The translations under genes and the position numbers were made by a program. This document shows, in pieces, positions 1 to 7,878 of a stretch of 64,000 nt of DNA (positions are counted from its first letter, which is position 1; each line of letters begins with the position of its first letter). The notes under the pieces were generated by a model. It did no database searches. It saw only the letters and a list, made by a program, of their open reading frames with translations, and was not told the DNA's origin. Source of the DNA: a virus; IMG/VR virus record IMGVR_UViG_3300042453_004886, positions 32,001 to 96,000 of that record. One strand, 5' to 3'.

Positions 1-228
1 CTGGGAACTGCGTACACCTGGTTAACTTGCATGGGTAATCAGGGTATGCTATACCAAGACAAACTTGGTTGGGTCATCTCGTACTGGGGAAGAAGACACG
101 CTGTAGGCGGTGTTGCCCTTCCCACGGAAATACTTGAAAAGTATTCACACTTATCCAGCCTTGAAATAGAAGAGTTCCAAAGTTCCAGATTAGATGTCAG
201 TTGGTGGAAAACTTGCACAGGAGGTTGA
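1..228 (+). CDS. hypothetical protein, probably 5'-truncated by the window edge
   Basis: Frame is open from base 1 (LGTAYTWLTC...) to TGA at 226-228; the track starts it at ATG 31. Confidence 0.5.
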   Translation: MGTAYTWLTCMGNQGMLYQDKLGWVISYWGRRHAVGGVALPTEILEKYSHLSSLEIEEFQSSRLDVSWWKTCTGG

Positions 229-235
229 ACACATC

Positions 236-490
236 ATGCCTATGACTGAAACCGATATTGAAATGCTCCAGCAAATCTGCAAAACTGTCCGTGAAGAGTT
301 TATAAGCGCTATCTACATTTCTGCTACAAAGAGATGGAGTCCTTCAAGTGTACAGCGTGTTATTAAAGATGCTTTAGACCAGTGCTCCAAGATCGACGAA
401 GAGATGATCAAAATTGCTTTTCAAGACTTGGATGAAAAAATTGATGACGACGGTCATTTTTACAAAACAAAAGAGCTAACTCAGGTATAA
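236..490 (+). CDS. hypothetical protein, 84 aa (start revised from 194)
   Basis: AGGAGG at 219-224 precedes in-frame ATG 236, which removes the overlap with the upstream ORF. Confidence 0.65.
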   Translation: MPMTETDIEMLQQICKTVREEFISAIYISATKRWSPSSVQRVIKDALDQCSKIDEEMIKIAFQDLDEKIDDDGHFYKTKELTQV

Positions 491-491
491 A

Positions 492-728
492 ATGTCTGCA
501 AAACTGTTTACAGGTATAGCGGCTCCACTAATTTTGATTGCATACTTCATTACAGTTTTTTACCCCAATAAAAAACTGCTGTGGTCTTCTTTAGCATTAG
601 CTGGAGCCGTATCTCAGCTGATAGGTGGGCTCATTTACAGAGATCTTGGAATCATTGCTTTAGAATCTGTTTTTGTTATGATCAATCTAGTTGCTCTGAC
701 AACTGAATTATCTGAGAGTAAAAGCTAG
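492..728 (+). CDS. small membrane protein with 3 hydrophobic segments (SemiSWEET/PQ-loop-sized)
   Basis: Segments GIAAPLILIAYFITV, LLWSSLALAGAVSQLIGGLIY and GIIALESVFVMINLVAL in 78 aa. Confidence 0.65.
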   Translation: MSAKLFTGIAAPLILIAYFITVFYPNKKLLWSSLALAGAVSQLIGGLIYRDLGIIALESVFVMINLVALTTELSESKS

Positions 729-743
729 AAAGAAACTATAGTA

Positions 744-932
744 ATGGTTCCAAGAACATGCCTTGACCTGTTGAATACGATTCAAAAGAATATTGAATTT
801 GCTTCAATAGATATTCATTTTATAAAAAATGAAGAACTCAAGAAAAAACTGGTAGAGCTTACCAAAGATCTTGACGATAAAGTCGAGTCTTTCAAGCAGT
901 CGGAAAAATCCTTACTAAACGAAAGAATCTGA
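744..932 (+). CDS. hypothetical coiled-coil protein
   Basis: 62-aa ORF tightly packed in the operon; heptad-like EELKKKLVELTKDLDDKVESF. Confidence 0.55.
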   Translation: MVPRTCLDLLNTIQKNIEFASIDIHFIKNEELKKKLVELTKDLDDKVESFKQSEKSLLNERI

Positions 933-933
933 C

Positions 934-1299
934 ATGAACTTCAGTGAATACCAAGAACTTGCAAGCAGAACAGCAAACCACTTGCTAGAACCAAAGTTTA
1001 GGCTCTCTGTAGCTGGCCTTGGGCTTGCAGGCGAAACAGGAGAAGCTGTAGAGCTTATCAAGAAGTGTGTTGGGCACGGGCACGAACTCAACCTCGAAAC
1101 CGTTACCAAGGAGCTTGGAGACGTGCTCTGGTACGTTGCAGAAATCTCCACGATTCTCCAGCTAAACATGAATGAGATCGCCGAGAAAAATATCGAGAAG
1201 CTCAAAAAGCGTTACCCTGAAGGATTCAGCAGCAACAGCAGTCAGGCACGTGTGGATGTAAATCCGAGACCCGTCGAGATCAAGCGAGTTGAGCTGTGA
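934..1299 (+). CDS. mazG: MazG-like nucleotide pyrophosphohydrolase
   Basis: MNFSEYQELA start, GLAGETGEAVELIKK, ELGDVLWY and NIEKLKKRYP motifs of phage MazG-like proteins. Confidence 0.9.
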   Translation: MNFSEYQELASRTANHLLEPKFRLSVAGLGLAGETGEAVELIKKCVGHGHELNLETVTKELGDVLWYVAEISTILQLNMNEIAEKNIEKLKKRYPEGFSSNSSQARVDVNPRPVEIKRVEL

Positions 1300-1904
1300 G
1301 AATAGGAATTACCGGAACTCACGGCACGGGCAAAACAACCCTGGCAAATCTTCTGAGCTTGTATACCCGCATACCGCTAATCAAAGAACGTGCAAGAACC
1401 GTGGCCAAGCGCTGGGGACTTACACCTGCAACCATTCCTTCAAAGAACAAATTTGAGTTTCAGTTTGAAGTTCTTTTCGAGCAAATTATGCAAGAGAAAG
1501 AACATAAGTCCGGTTTTATTTCCGATCGAACGGTGTACGATAACCTTGCCTATTACCGAGCCATCTGGTGGCACCAGAACAGCTCTGATTACTACGACTG
1601 GTGGAATCACGACAGGCAAGATGTTCTCAACCACTGGGAAACGTTTGCAAAGTCTCGGTATGAGCACATCGTCAAGGAAAACAACAACTACGACTTGATC
1701 TTCGTGCTCAAACCCGAATGGGATCTGGTCGATGACGGAGAGCGACACACAGACCAATCGTTTCAAAAAACGATTGAGCATGAAATCGACACCATCATCG
1801 AACAGTACGCAAAAAGCCAGACAGAAGTTATTCTTCTGGAAGGCTCGAGCACACATAAACGCCTTGATTTGGCTTTAAATATTATTGAAGCTAGAACTGA
1901 ATAA
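1296..1904 (+). CDS. P-loop NTPase, AAA_28/NadR-kinase-like
   Basis: IGITGTHGTGKTTLA Walker A, DRTVYDNLAY, YDLIFVL and DDGER motifs. Confidence 0.8.
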   Translation: MRIGITGTHGTGKTTLANLLSLYTRIPLIKERARTVAKRWGLTPATIPSKNKFEFQFEVLFEQIMQEKEHKSGFISDRTVYDNLAYYRAIWWHQNSSDYYDWWNHDRQDVLNHWETFAKSRYEHIVKENNNYDLIFVLKPEWDLVDDGERHTDQSFQKTIEHEIDTIIEQYAKSQTEVILLEGSSTHKRLDLALNIIEARTE

Positions 1905-1918
1905 GAAAGGAATATCAA

Positions 1919-2254
1919 GTGTTACTTACACTTGAACTATCAGACAACCAGGCAACAAATATCATCCAAAGCTGGATGAAAGCAGATATGAACGTGGATC
2001 TCAACATCTGCGAAGATCCTGAAGTCTACGGATTCACCGTGGACCCCATGGGAAACGGTGGCCGGTGGACAGAAGTAAACGGAGATGAAGCTAGCCTTTA
2101 TCACGATAGTGTAAACTGGGTTTTTGAATATAACGGATCTCGGGAAGCTTTGAATACTCCTGCACTTCCCGTTGAAATCCTTAAAGAAGCCGACCTGATG
2201 TTTTACTTCGATGAAGAAGAAACAGGATTGGATTGGTTTGAACTTCAATTATGA
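1919..2254 (+). CDS. acidic hypothetical protein
   Basis: GTG start after AAAGGA; 111 aa; ATGA overlap with the next ORF. Confidence 0.65.
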   Translation: MLLTLELSDNQATNIIQSWMKADMNVDLNICEDPEVYGFTVDPMGNGGRWTEVNGDEASLYHDSVNWVFEYNGSREALNTPALPVEILKEADLMFYFDEEETGLDWFELQL

Positions 2255-2430
2255 GCGTTGAAGACGATTACCACGACGAAGAATCTCACCGATTGGCGTC
2301 AAGAGCTCTGGCAAACATAGCAGAACTGATCGTTCTCAAATGGGCCAGAAATAGTAGGCCAAGTTCTTTTGAAATAGATTCCAAGTACCTGGAGATGATT
2401 GATCATATTCTTCCAGAAATTAATTACTGA
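2251..2430 (+). CDS. 59-aa protein absent from the track, paralog of 2442..2663
   Basis: ATG 2251 overlaps the upstream TGA; MSVEDDYHDEESHRLASRALANIAELIVLKWARNSRPSSFEIDSKYLEMIDHILPEINY aligns with the next ORF. Confidence 0.8.
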   Translation: MSVEDDYHDEESHRLASRALANIAELIVLKWARNSRPSSFEIDSKYLEMIDHILPEINY

Positions 2431-2441
2431 AGGAGAAAGCT

Positions 2442-2663
2442 TTGAAATCTAACGAAGAGCTCATCAAGTTATTTGCTTCCGAGATGTCTCAATCAGGAAA
2501 AATAAAAGGTATTTTAGCTCAGAGAGCCGTAAACTCTGTTGTTGAGATTATACTTAATGATTGGGCCCAGCTTGGAAGACCTGGTTTATTCCCTGTAGAC
2601 GGGGACTACCTTCACATTCTTGACAAGCTTCTTTGTGACGTTTCAATTAGCTCAGAGGAATAA
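2442..2663 (+). CDS. 73-aa protein, paralog of 2251..2430
   Basis: AGGAGA before TTG start; shares LAxRA..E.I...WA..RP..F..D..YL..D with the upstream ORF. Confidence 0.75.
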   Translation: MKSNEELIKLFASEMSQSGKIKGILAQRAVNSVVEIILNDWAQLGRPGLFPVDGDYLHILDKLLCDVSISSEE

Positions 2664-2939
2664 ATGCTTGATTGGGTACTAAACCCAAACTTGGATAAAG
2701 TTACCAAGGAGCAGCTACACGCTGAACTGCTTAAAGCTTTTAACCTAATAAATACATCTAAAGAAGAAGAGCTGGTTCACAGAAAAATGCTTGAAAAAGC
2801 TTTGAAAGAACTAGCTCTTCTTCGTAATATTTTCAAAGAAATAAATAAAAACAAGGACAACCAGACATCAGAACTATTAAAATTACTGGTGTCATATGAA
2901 AAAGAATACAAAGAGATATGGAAAAACTATATTTTATAA
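2664..2939 (+). CDS. hypothetical coiled-coil protein
   Basis: 91 aa, Leu/Lys/Glu heptads, abuts the upstream stop. Confidence 0.6.
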   Translation: MLDWVLNPNLDKVTKEQLHAELLKAFNLINTSKEEELVHRKMLEKALKELALLRNIFKEINKNKDNQTSELLKLLVSYEKEYKEIWKNYIL

Positions 2940-2954
2940 ACTAGTTTATAAAAT
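2931..2954. promoter_or_regulatory. perfect 24-bp palindrome upstream of phoH (operator-like)
   Basis: ATTTTATAAACT/AGTTTATAAAAT is an exact inverted repeat with no spacer. Confidence 0.45.
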
Positions 2955-3024
2955 GGGGTAAACTTGAAATTGAATGACACAGATCATTCAGGGATCCTTA
3001 AAACCTACAACGGTGAGGTATTAG

Positions 3025-3759
3025 ATGAGTAAACCCCGTCGTTCTCCTGCTGGACGTGGTCGTTCAAACTACGAAGGAGACATCGCTCAAGCGGGCCCAG
3101 TTCCTTTAGCGGCTAAAAAGATTGACACTAAAAAGCTAAAAACTGTTCCTTTTATTCCAAGAGGAAATCAGAAGTCAGTTCTAACTTGCATTAGCAAACA
3201 CGATCTGACTTTTTTAATTGGACCCGCAGGAACGGGTAAAACTTTTCTTCCTGTTGCTTTTGCAGTCGATCAGCTCATCAAAGGAAATATTTCCAAGATC
3301 GTTGCTGTCCGTCCTGCAGTCGAAGCAGGTGATTCCATCGGGTTCTTGACGGGTGGTCTTGCCGATAAAATGGGACCTTACCTCAGACCGGTTCTGGATG
3401 CCTTTGAAAAGTTTCTGGGTAAACCTCAGCTCGATTTGCTCATGGCATGCGGCTTGATCGAAATTACCTCCCTTACATACTTGAGAGGCCGCACGATCGA
3501 GGATGCTGTCTACATCATGGATGAGATGCAGAATGCAACGCCTGCACAGCTCAAGATGGCCCTGACCCGTATCGGGGAGAACTGCACCGCAGTAGTCACG
3601 ATGGACCCCGGACAGTGCGACATTCATCCTGAAGATTCTTGTATTAGAGAAGTTCACAGATTTGAGGGTGCCGAATCTATTGCCGTCGTCAGGTTCTCTC
3701 AGGAGCAAGTTGTACGCTCCAGAATCGTCAAAACCTTGCTTGATTGCTACAACGACTAG
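3025..3759 (+). CDS. phoH: PhoH-like ATPase
   Basis: GPAGTGKT, RPAVEAGDSIGFL, YLRP, RGRT, DEMQN, TRIGE and VVRSRIV motifs. Confidence 0.95.
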   Translation: MSKPRRSPAGRGRSNYEGDIAQAGPVPLAAKKIDTKKLKTVPFIPRGNQKSVLTCISKHDLTFLIGPAGTGKTFLPVAFAVDQLIKGNISKIVAVRPAVEAGDSIGFLTGGLADKMGPYLRPVLDAFEKFLGKPQLDLLMACGLIEITSLTYLRGRTIEDAVYIMDEMQNATPAQLKMALTRIGENCTAVVTMDPGQCDIHPEDSCIREVHRFEGAESIAVVRFSQEQVVRSRIVKTLLDCYND

Positions 3760-3768
3760 CTCAAAATC

Positions 3769-3799
3769 AAACCCCCTCTGGAGGCTCCAGAGGGGGTTT
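3769..3799. terminator. bidirectional intrinsic terminator between convergent phoH and endolysin
   Basis: AAACCCCCTCTGGA-ggc-TCCAGAGGGGGTTT, 14-bp perfect stem ending in A/T runs on both sides. Confidence 0.9.
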
Positions 3800-3809
3800 A
3801 AAGCGTTCT

Positions 3810-4388
3810 TTAGTCTACCAAGATCTCTTTGTACTGAAACTTAACTTTACCGGCTTTCAGAGCGTCGTAGCGGCGAATAACGTCTTCCTTGAAAGGCAGA
3901 AACAGCCGACCGATATCAACCTTCTGGTTGCGTCCAATTTCCTTATCAACCCTCAGATGATCCGTAAGGTCATCCGTTCTAGGGTCGAGCTTATGCCAAG
4001 CCATGAACTCTGCCACGAACTGAGCTCCTACAGCCATCATCTCAGGAGTAACCGGACACATCCCTTGCATGGTATCTGGGTTGGTCTTGAACATGGCAGA
4101 AAAGCCTACACCAATATTGGACTTGTTAGCCTTGAAAGCGTGCTGACCATACTCTGAAATCTTCAAAGTCTTGATGACGTGCGCCTGATTCTTGGCTTGG
4201 TCAAAGATGATGTTGTAGTGGTAGCCATCAAAAGCCATGGCGTACGTACCCACAGACCAATGCATGGTAATACGCTCGATAGGACCAAGAGCCATACCGC
4301 GCTGCTCGTTTTCATGCTGAACAGTGTACTTAAGTCCATTGATTGTTCCTTGTAGAGGTCTTCCAGGCTTTGCAGCCTCTTTGCTCAT
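3810..4388 (-). CDS. N-acetylmuramoyl-L-alanine amidase (Amidase_2-type) endolysin
   Basis: ITMHWS, YHYNI, QHAFKANKSNIGVG, TDHLRV and KVDIG fit the Zn-amidase pattern. Start revised from 4415 to ATG 4388, which forms an ATGA overlap with the upstream stop. Confidence 0.8.
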   Translation of the reverse strand: MSKEAAKPGRPLQGTINGLKYTVQHENEQRGMALGPIERITMHWSVGTYAMAFDGYHYNIIFDQAKNQAHVIKTLKISEYGQHAFKANKSNIGVGFSAMFKTNPDTMQGMCPVTPEMMAVGAQFVAEFMAWHKLDPRTDDLTDHLRVDKEIGRNQKVDIGRLFLPFKEDVIRRYDALKAGKVKFQYKEILVD

Positions 4389-4825
4389 GTCACGGTATCC
4401 CACAGCTTCCTCCATACTTGTTTCAGATACGGCATCACCTCAAATTGTCCCTGAGCCTGTACGGATCCCATGTAAACAATTTTAGGTATACTTTCCATCT
4501 CTAAGTATACAGCACGCATAGAAACTGAATGAATTCCTGGATCTGTTTTTAAAACAGCAATTCCATCTTTTATTGCAGGTATTACCTTAGACTCTTCGTC
4601 AACTGTAATAAGAATTCCATTTGGTTTCCTGCTGTGAACCTTTGTATTCAAATCAAAATTAGACCAGAGTATTTTTACTATTCCTTGATCCATGGTCATA
4701 ACAAGCACTTGAGCTTGATTTTTACTTACATGATTTTTGGGCTCAGCGCTTACCTTTAAAGCAAAACCAAGCCCAAATGACATAACAGCTAAAACAAGTA
4801 AAACAAATCTCCAAAGCTTGAACAT
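4385..4825 (-). CDS. exported or membrane-anchored protein coupled to the endolysin
   Basis: MFKLWRFVLLVLAVMSFGLGFALKVSA is a signal-peptide-like N terminus; GGGGGA RBS. Confidence 0.65.
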   Translation of the reverse strand: MFKLWRFVLLVLAVMSFGLGFALKVSAEPKNHVSKNQAQVLVMTMDQGIVKILWSNFDLNTKVHSRKPNGILITVDEESKVIPAIKDGIAVLKTDPGIHSVSMRAVYLEMESIPKIVYMGSVQAQGQFEVMPYLKQVWRKLWDTVT

Positions 4826-4890
4826 CTGGTCCCCCTGATTCTTACATGTACGTTTCTCCTTCTAGAGCCAGTAAAAACTAAAAATTACAA

Positions 4891-5805
4891 CTAAGAGGGA
4901 ATCTTGCTCTTGAGCAGTTCAACCTCTGCCGAGAGTTCTTTTATAGCGTTAACAAGAACAGGAATTAGTTCTGAGTAAGAAATACCAAGCAAAGGGTTAT
5001 CTCCGTTATCCGGATCTTCCCCAATATTTGAAATAACTTCTGGAATTAATCCTTGAACTTCAGCTGCATTTAGACCAAGGCTTGTTTTTTGGTTGCCAGT
5101 AAAGTTATAAGATATCGGGTTTAGAGACAGTACTTCGGCAAGTCCATAAGACAGGGGCTTAATATTAGATTTTAGTCGAATGTCTGAACTAGATGATAAA
5201 GTGCCTGTTTCGTTTATACTCCAACCACTCGTGTTAATATCTCGTCTCCAGTACCCTAAATTTCCACCAGAGTTGAAATACCAATAAGGTGTAGTACTAA
5301 AGTTGTTTCTACCCTTGGATATTCTGGTTTCACCAGATGTACCATTTGGGGAGATATCAATTGCACCACTTGTTCCATTTCTTCCTAGTGTAAAAACAGC
5401 TAGTTCTGTGCTGTCTACAACAGAAGAAATGTAGTCATTGCCTAAGTTGTTGTCATGCCTTAAAAAAACACCCTGTGTTGTTGTGGATCCAATAAAAATT
5501 TGAGGAACACTGGAAGAAATTGCTCTTATGTTTCCACCGCTAATATCAAGCTTCTGCCCAGGAGAACTGGTACCTATACCTACGTTTCCCCCTGAACCCG
5601 GAGTAAGCACAATGTGCCCGTTAGATTGGTCATTTGCAATTTGAAAATAAGTAATACCAGATCCCGGAATACCGACATAGGCTTGCCGAGCAGACGGAGA
5701 GTAAAACTCTATATACTCGTGATTTGTTCCTGTTAGGCGCAGTAAGCTACCATTTCCGGTTACAAGTGCCTGACCAGAAATAGTCGTGGAGTTCAGTATA
5801 CGCAT
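4891..5805 (-). CDS. tail fibre/spike with C-terminal intramolecular chaperone (Peptidase_S74)
   Basis: SSDIRLKSNI, GLNAAEVQGLIPEV and YSELIPVLVNAIKEL; GNVGIGTSSPGQKLDI fibre motif. Confidence 0.85.
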   Translation of the reverse strand: MRILNSTTISGQALVTGNGSLLRLTGTNHEYIEFYSPSARQAYVGIPGSGITYFQIANDQSNGHIVLTPGSGGNVGIGTSSPGQKLDISGGNIRAISSSVPQIFIGSTTTQGVFLRHDNNLGNDYISSVVDSTELAVFTLGRNGTSGAIDISPNGTSGETRISKGRNNFSTTPYWYFNSGGNLGYWRRDINTSGWSINETGTLSSSSDIRLKSNIKPLSYGLAEVLSLNPISYNFTGNQKTSLGLNAAEVQGLIPEVISNIGEDPDNGDNPLLGISYSELIPVLVNAIKELSAEVELLKSKIPS

Positions 5806-5833
5806 GAAGGTTTAGTCCTTTATAGAATAACTA

Positions 5834-7240
5834 CTAACCAACAACAACGACTCGGTATTGATTTGTGGTGGGTGCCGTAGCAAACGTTACAATTACAGCG
5901 TTGACAGTGGATACGGTTACATCAGGAATAACTTGGCTACCGTCGCTCTTGGTGTAAACAAAAACCTGCACATCAAGAGTGTTGAGGTTATGCGTAACCG
6001 TAATAGCGGTAGCTGATCCGTTGCCTACGTCTACAGAATACTTGCCAACAGCACCGAGGTTTGTTCTGGCTGCTGCAGCTGTTGTAGCGCCCGTACCGCC
6101 CGCTGCAACTGCAAGCGTTCCCCAGGTAGGGGCGCCAGCCCCGCCAGACAGAAGAGCTTGCCCAGACGTACCTGCAGCCGTAATTGCCATAGCAGATGCC
6201 GTAGAGTAAACAATACCACCGTTAGCAGCAGTAAGAGCAGCATTGGTTCCACCCTTGTTAAGGCCAATATTGGTGGCGCTCCAGGTACCAGTTGTAACCG
6301 TACCCAGAGTTGCAATACTCGAACCACCGGCATAGGTAGAGGCAACAGAGATGCTGTTACCTGAAATTGAAATGCCTGTGCCGGCAGTTAGCTGACCGGT
6401 TCCAGAGAACTTGGTAAAAGTCAGAGCAGTTGTTCCAAGCGTGATCGGATTTGCTGTTGAAAGTACAAATGCAGCAGATCCGTTTGATGTACCTTGCTCT
6501 ACATATGTATAAAGCCCCGCTTCAACCTCTCCTGAAGGAGAATTATCCGCGTCTACTGCACGACTCCAGGAGCTAGCTGAAACAACATAGATACCGTTTT
6601 GTGATGCAGTTGTCTGATCTTTTACAAGAACTCTGTCTCCAGCGATGACTGCAATACCGTCAATGGTCTGCGTACCTGAAAGTGTGATGTTGGCAGTTGT
6701 AGCTACTCGCACGGGGTCTTTGAATGCAAGTCCGGTCTTGGTGGCATCTACATAATTCTTGGTTGCAGCATCCTGAGCATTCTGAGGATCAGCAACTGAA
6801 GTGATTCTCTGGCTGTTTGCGTTTAAAGCACTTGTAGGTGCTGCAAACTGATCAAGTCTGTAACCCTGAACAACGGTGGAGAGATCAGAGATGGTGCTGG
6901 CTGTTTGAGAGCCTGTATGGTTTGCTCGAGCCAGTGGATCCGTTGCAAGCTTTGAAAGCGCAATAGCAGCACTTGCGTTGATGTCGGCGTTAACAATGAC
7001 ACCAGACGCAATCGAGGTTGCGTTGCTTGAACCATCCGTCGTAACGTCACCGGTTAGCTGTGGAGCAGTTGCGCCGGTTAAATCTTTCCAAGCGCTGCCA
7101 TCCCAAACGTATAACTTGTTTACTGCCGTATCGTAGTAGACCTGACCTGTAACAGGACTTGAGGGCGCAGCAGCTAGATTTTGAACGCGAGCATTTTGGA
7201 GCTCGTTCTTGTTCAAATCTAAATTGTTTACAAACTTCAT
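5834..7240 (-). CDS. virion fibre/structural protein
   Basis: Ala/Thr/Gly-rich; modules GQVYYDT, DAATKNYVD, GDRVLVKDQTTASQNGIY, GGTGATTAAAARTNLG and THNLNT typical of phage fibres. Confidence 0.8.
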   Translation of the reverse strand: MKFVNNLDLNKNELQNARVQNLAAAPSSPVTGQVYYDTAVNKLYVWDGSAWKDLTGATAPQLTGDVTTDGSSNATSIASGVIVNADINASAAIALSKLATDPLARANHTGSQTASTISDLSTVVQGYRLDQFAAPTSALNANSQRITSVADPQNAQDAATKNYVDATKTGLAFKDPVRVATTANITLSGTQTIDGIAVIAGDRVLVKDQTTASQNGIYVVSASSWSRAVDADNSPSGEVEAGLYTYVEQGTSNGSAAFVLSTANPITLGTTALTFTKFSGTGQLTAGTGISISGNSISVASTYAGGSSIATLGTVTTGTWSATNIGLNKGGTNAALTAANGGIVYSTASAMAITAAGTSGQALLSGGAGAPTWGTLAVAAGGTGATTAAAARTNLGAVGKYSVDVGNGSATAITVTHNLNTLDVQVFVYTKSDGSQVIPDVTVSTVNAVIVTFATAPTTNQYRVVVVG

Positions 7241-7254
7241 TTATTTACCCTCTC

Positions 7255-7866
7255 TTAGTTAAGGTAAGCCTTTCCACTAAACGCTGCACCAAATTCTAAA
7301 ATAACACGAGACGAAGAAATAATTTGAATATCACCAAAAACAACACTTCCTGCAGAGTCCACAACCGTAACGCTTGGAACTTTCCCTAGCGTGTGATCGA
7401 TTGTCCATGTAGACGCAGGAGTTGTTTGATCGTGAACGTAAGTCGGGGATTCTACCTGAATGTTTTGAAACACGCCTTGGCTGTTTATAACCAAAGTCCC
7501 ATTGATAGATAGACCCCCTACAATATCCAGTTGATTGCTCGTGTTCAACGTCATGGCTCGGGTAGAGCCCTGAACAAACTGCAGGTTACCAGCAGAGTTG
7601 GTCGTCAGATCATTTGGGCTTTCGTAGATTTTCCAACCGCTTCCGCCAACCCACTCGATCCCTTCATTGGGACCTGGATCGTTAAAAGCAAGCTTGTTGA
7701 GATTGCTCAGGTTTTTATCACTGAGGTTTAAATCGACATCAACCGTTCCGCTGGATGCCGCCAAGTAAGTTGAGCTATCAATCGAAGCAGATCCATTATT
7801 TAATTTTACGAATCCGCTAGAGTTCTGATTTGAGATGCTAAGATACTTTTTTCTGTTACTAGACAT
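7255..7866 (-). CDS. virion structural protein (fibre-associated)
   Basis: C-terminal HDQTTPASTWTIDHTLGKVPSVTVVDSAG...FSGKAYLN module common in phage fibre cassettes. Confidence 0.7.
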   Translation of the reverse strand: MSSNRKKYLSISNQNSSGFVKLNNGSASIDSSTYLAASSGTVDVDLNLSDKNLSNLNKLAFNDPGPNEGIEWVGGSGWKIYESPNDLTTNSAGNLQFVQGSTRAMTLNTSNQLDIVGGLSINGTLVINSQGVFQNIQVESPTYVHDQTTPASTWTIDHTLGKVPSVTVVDSAGSVVFGDIQIISSSRVILEFGAAFSGKAYLN

Positions 7867-7878
7867 CCCAACTCCAAT

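Noticed and set aside
915-1856. Antisense and alternate-frame ORFs over mazG and the P-loop gene
   Set aside because: They lie inside well-supported genes and show no motifs or RBS.
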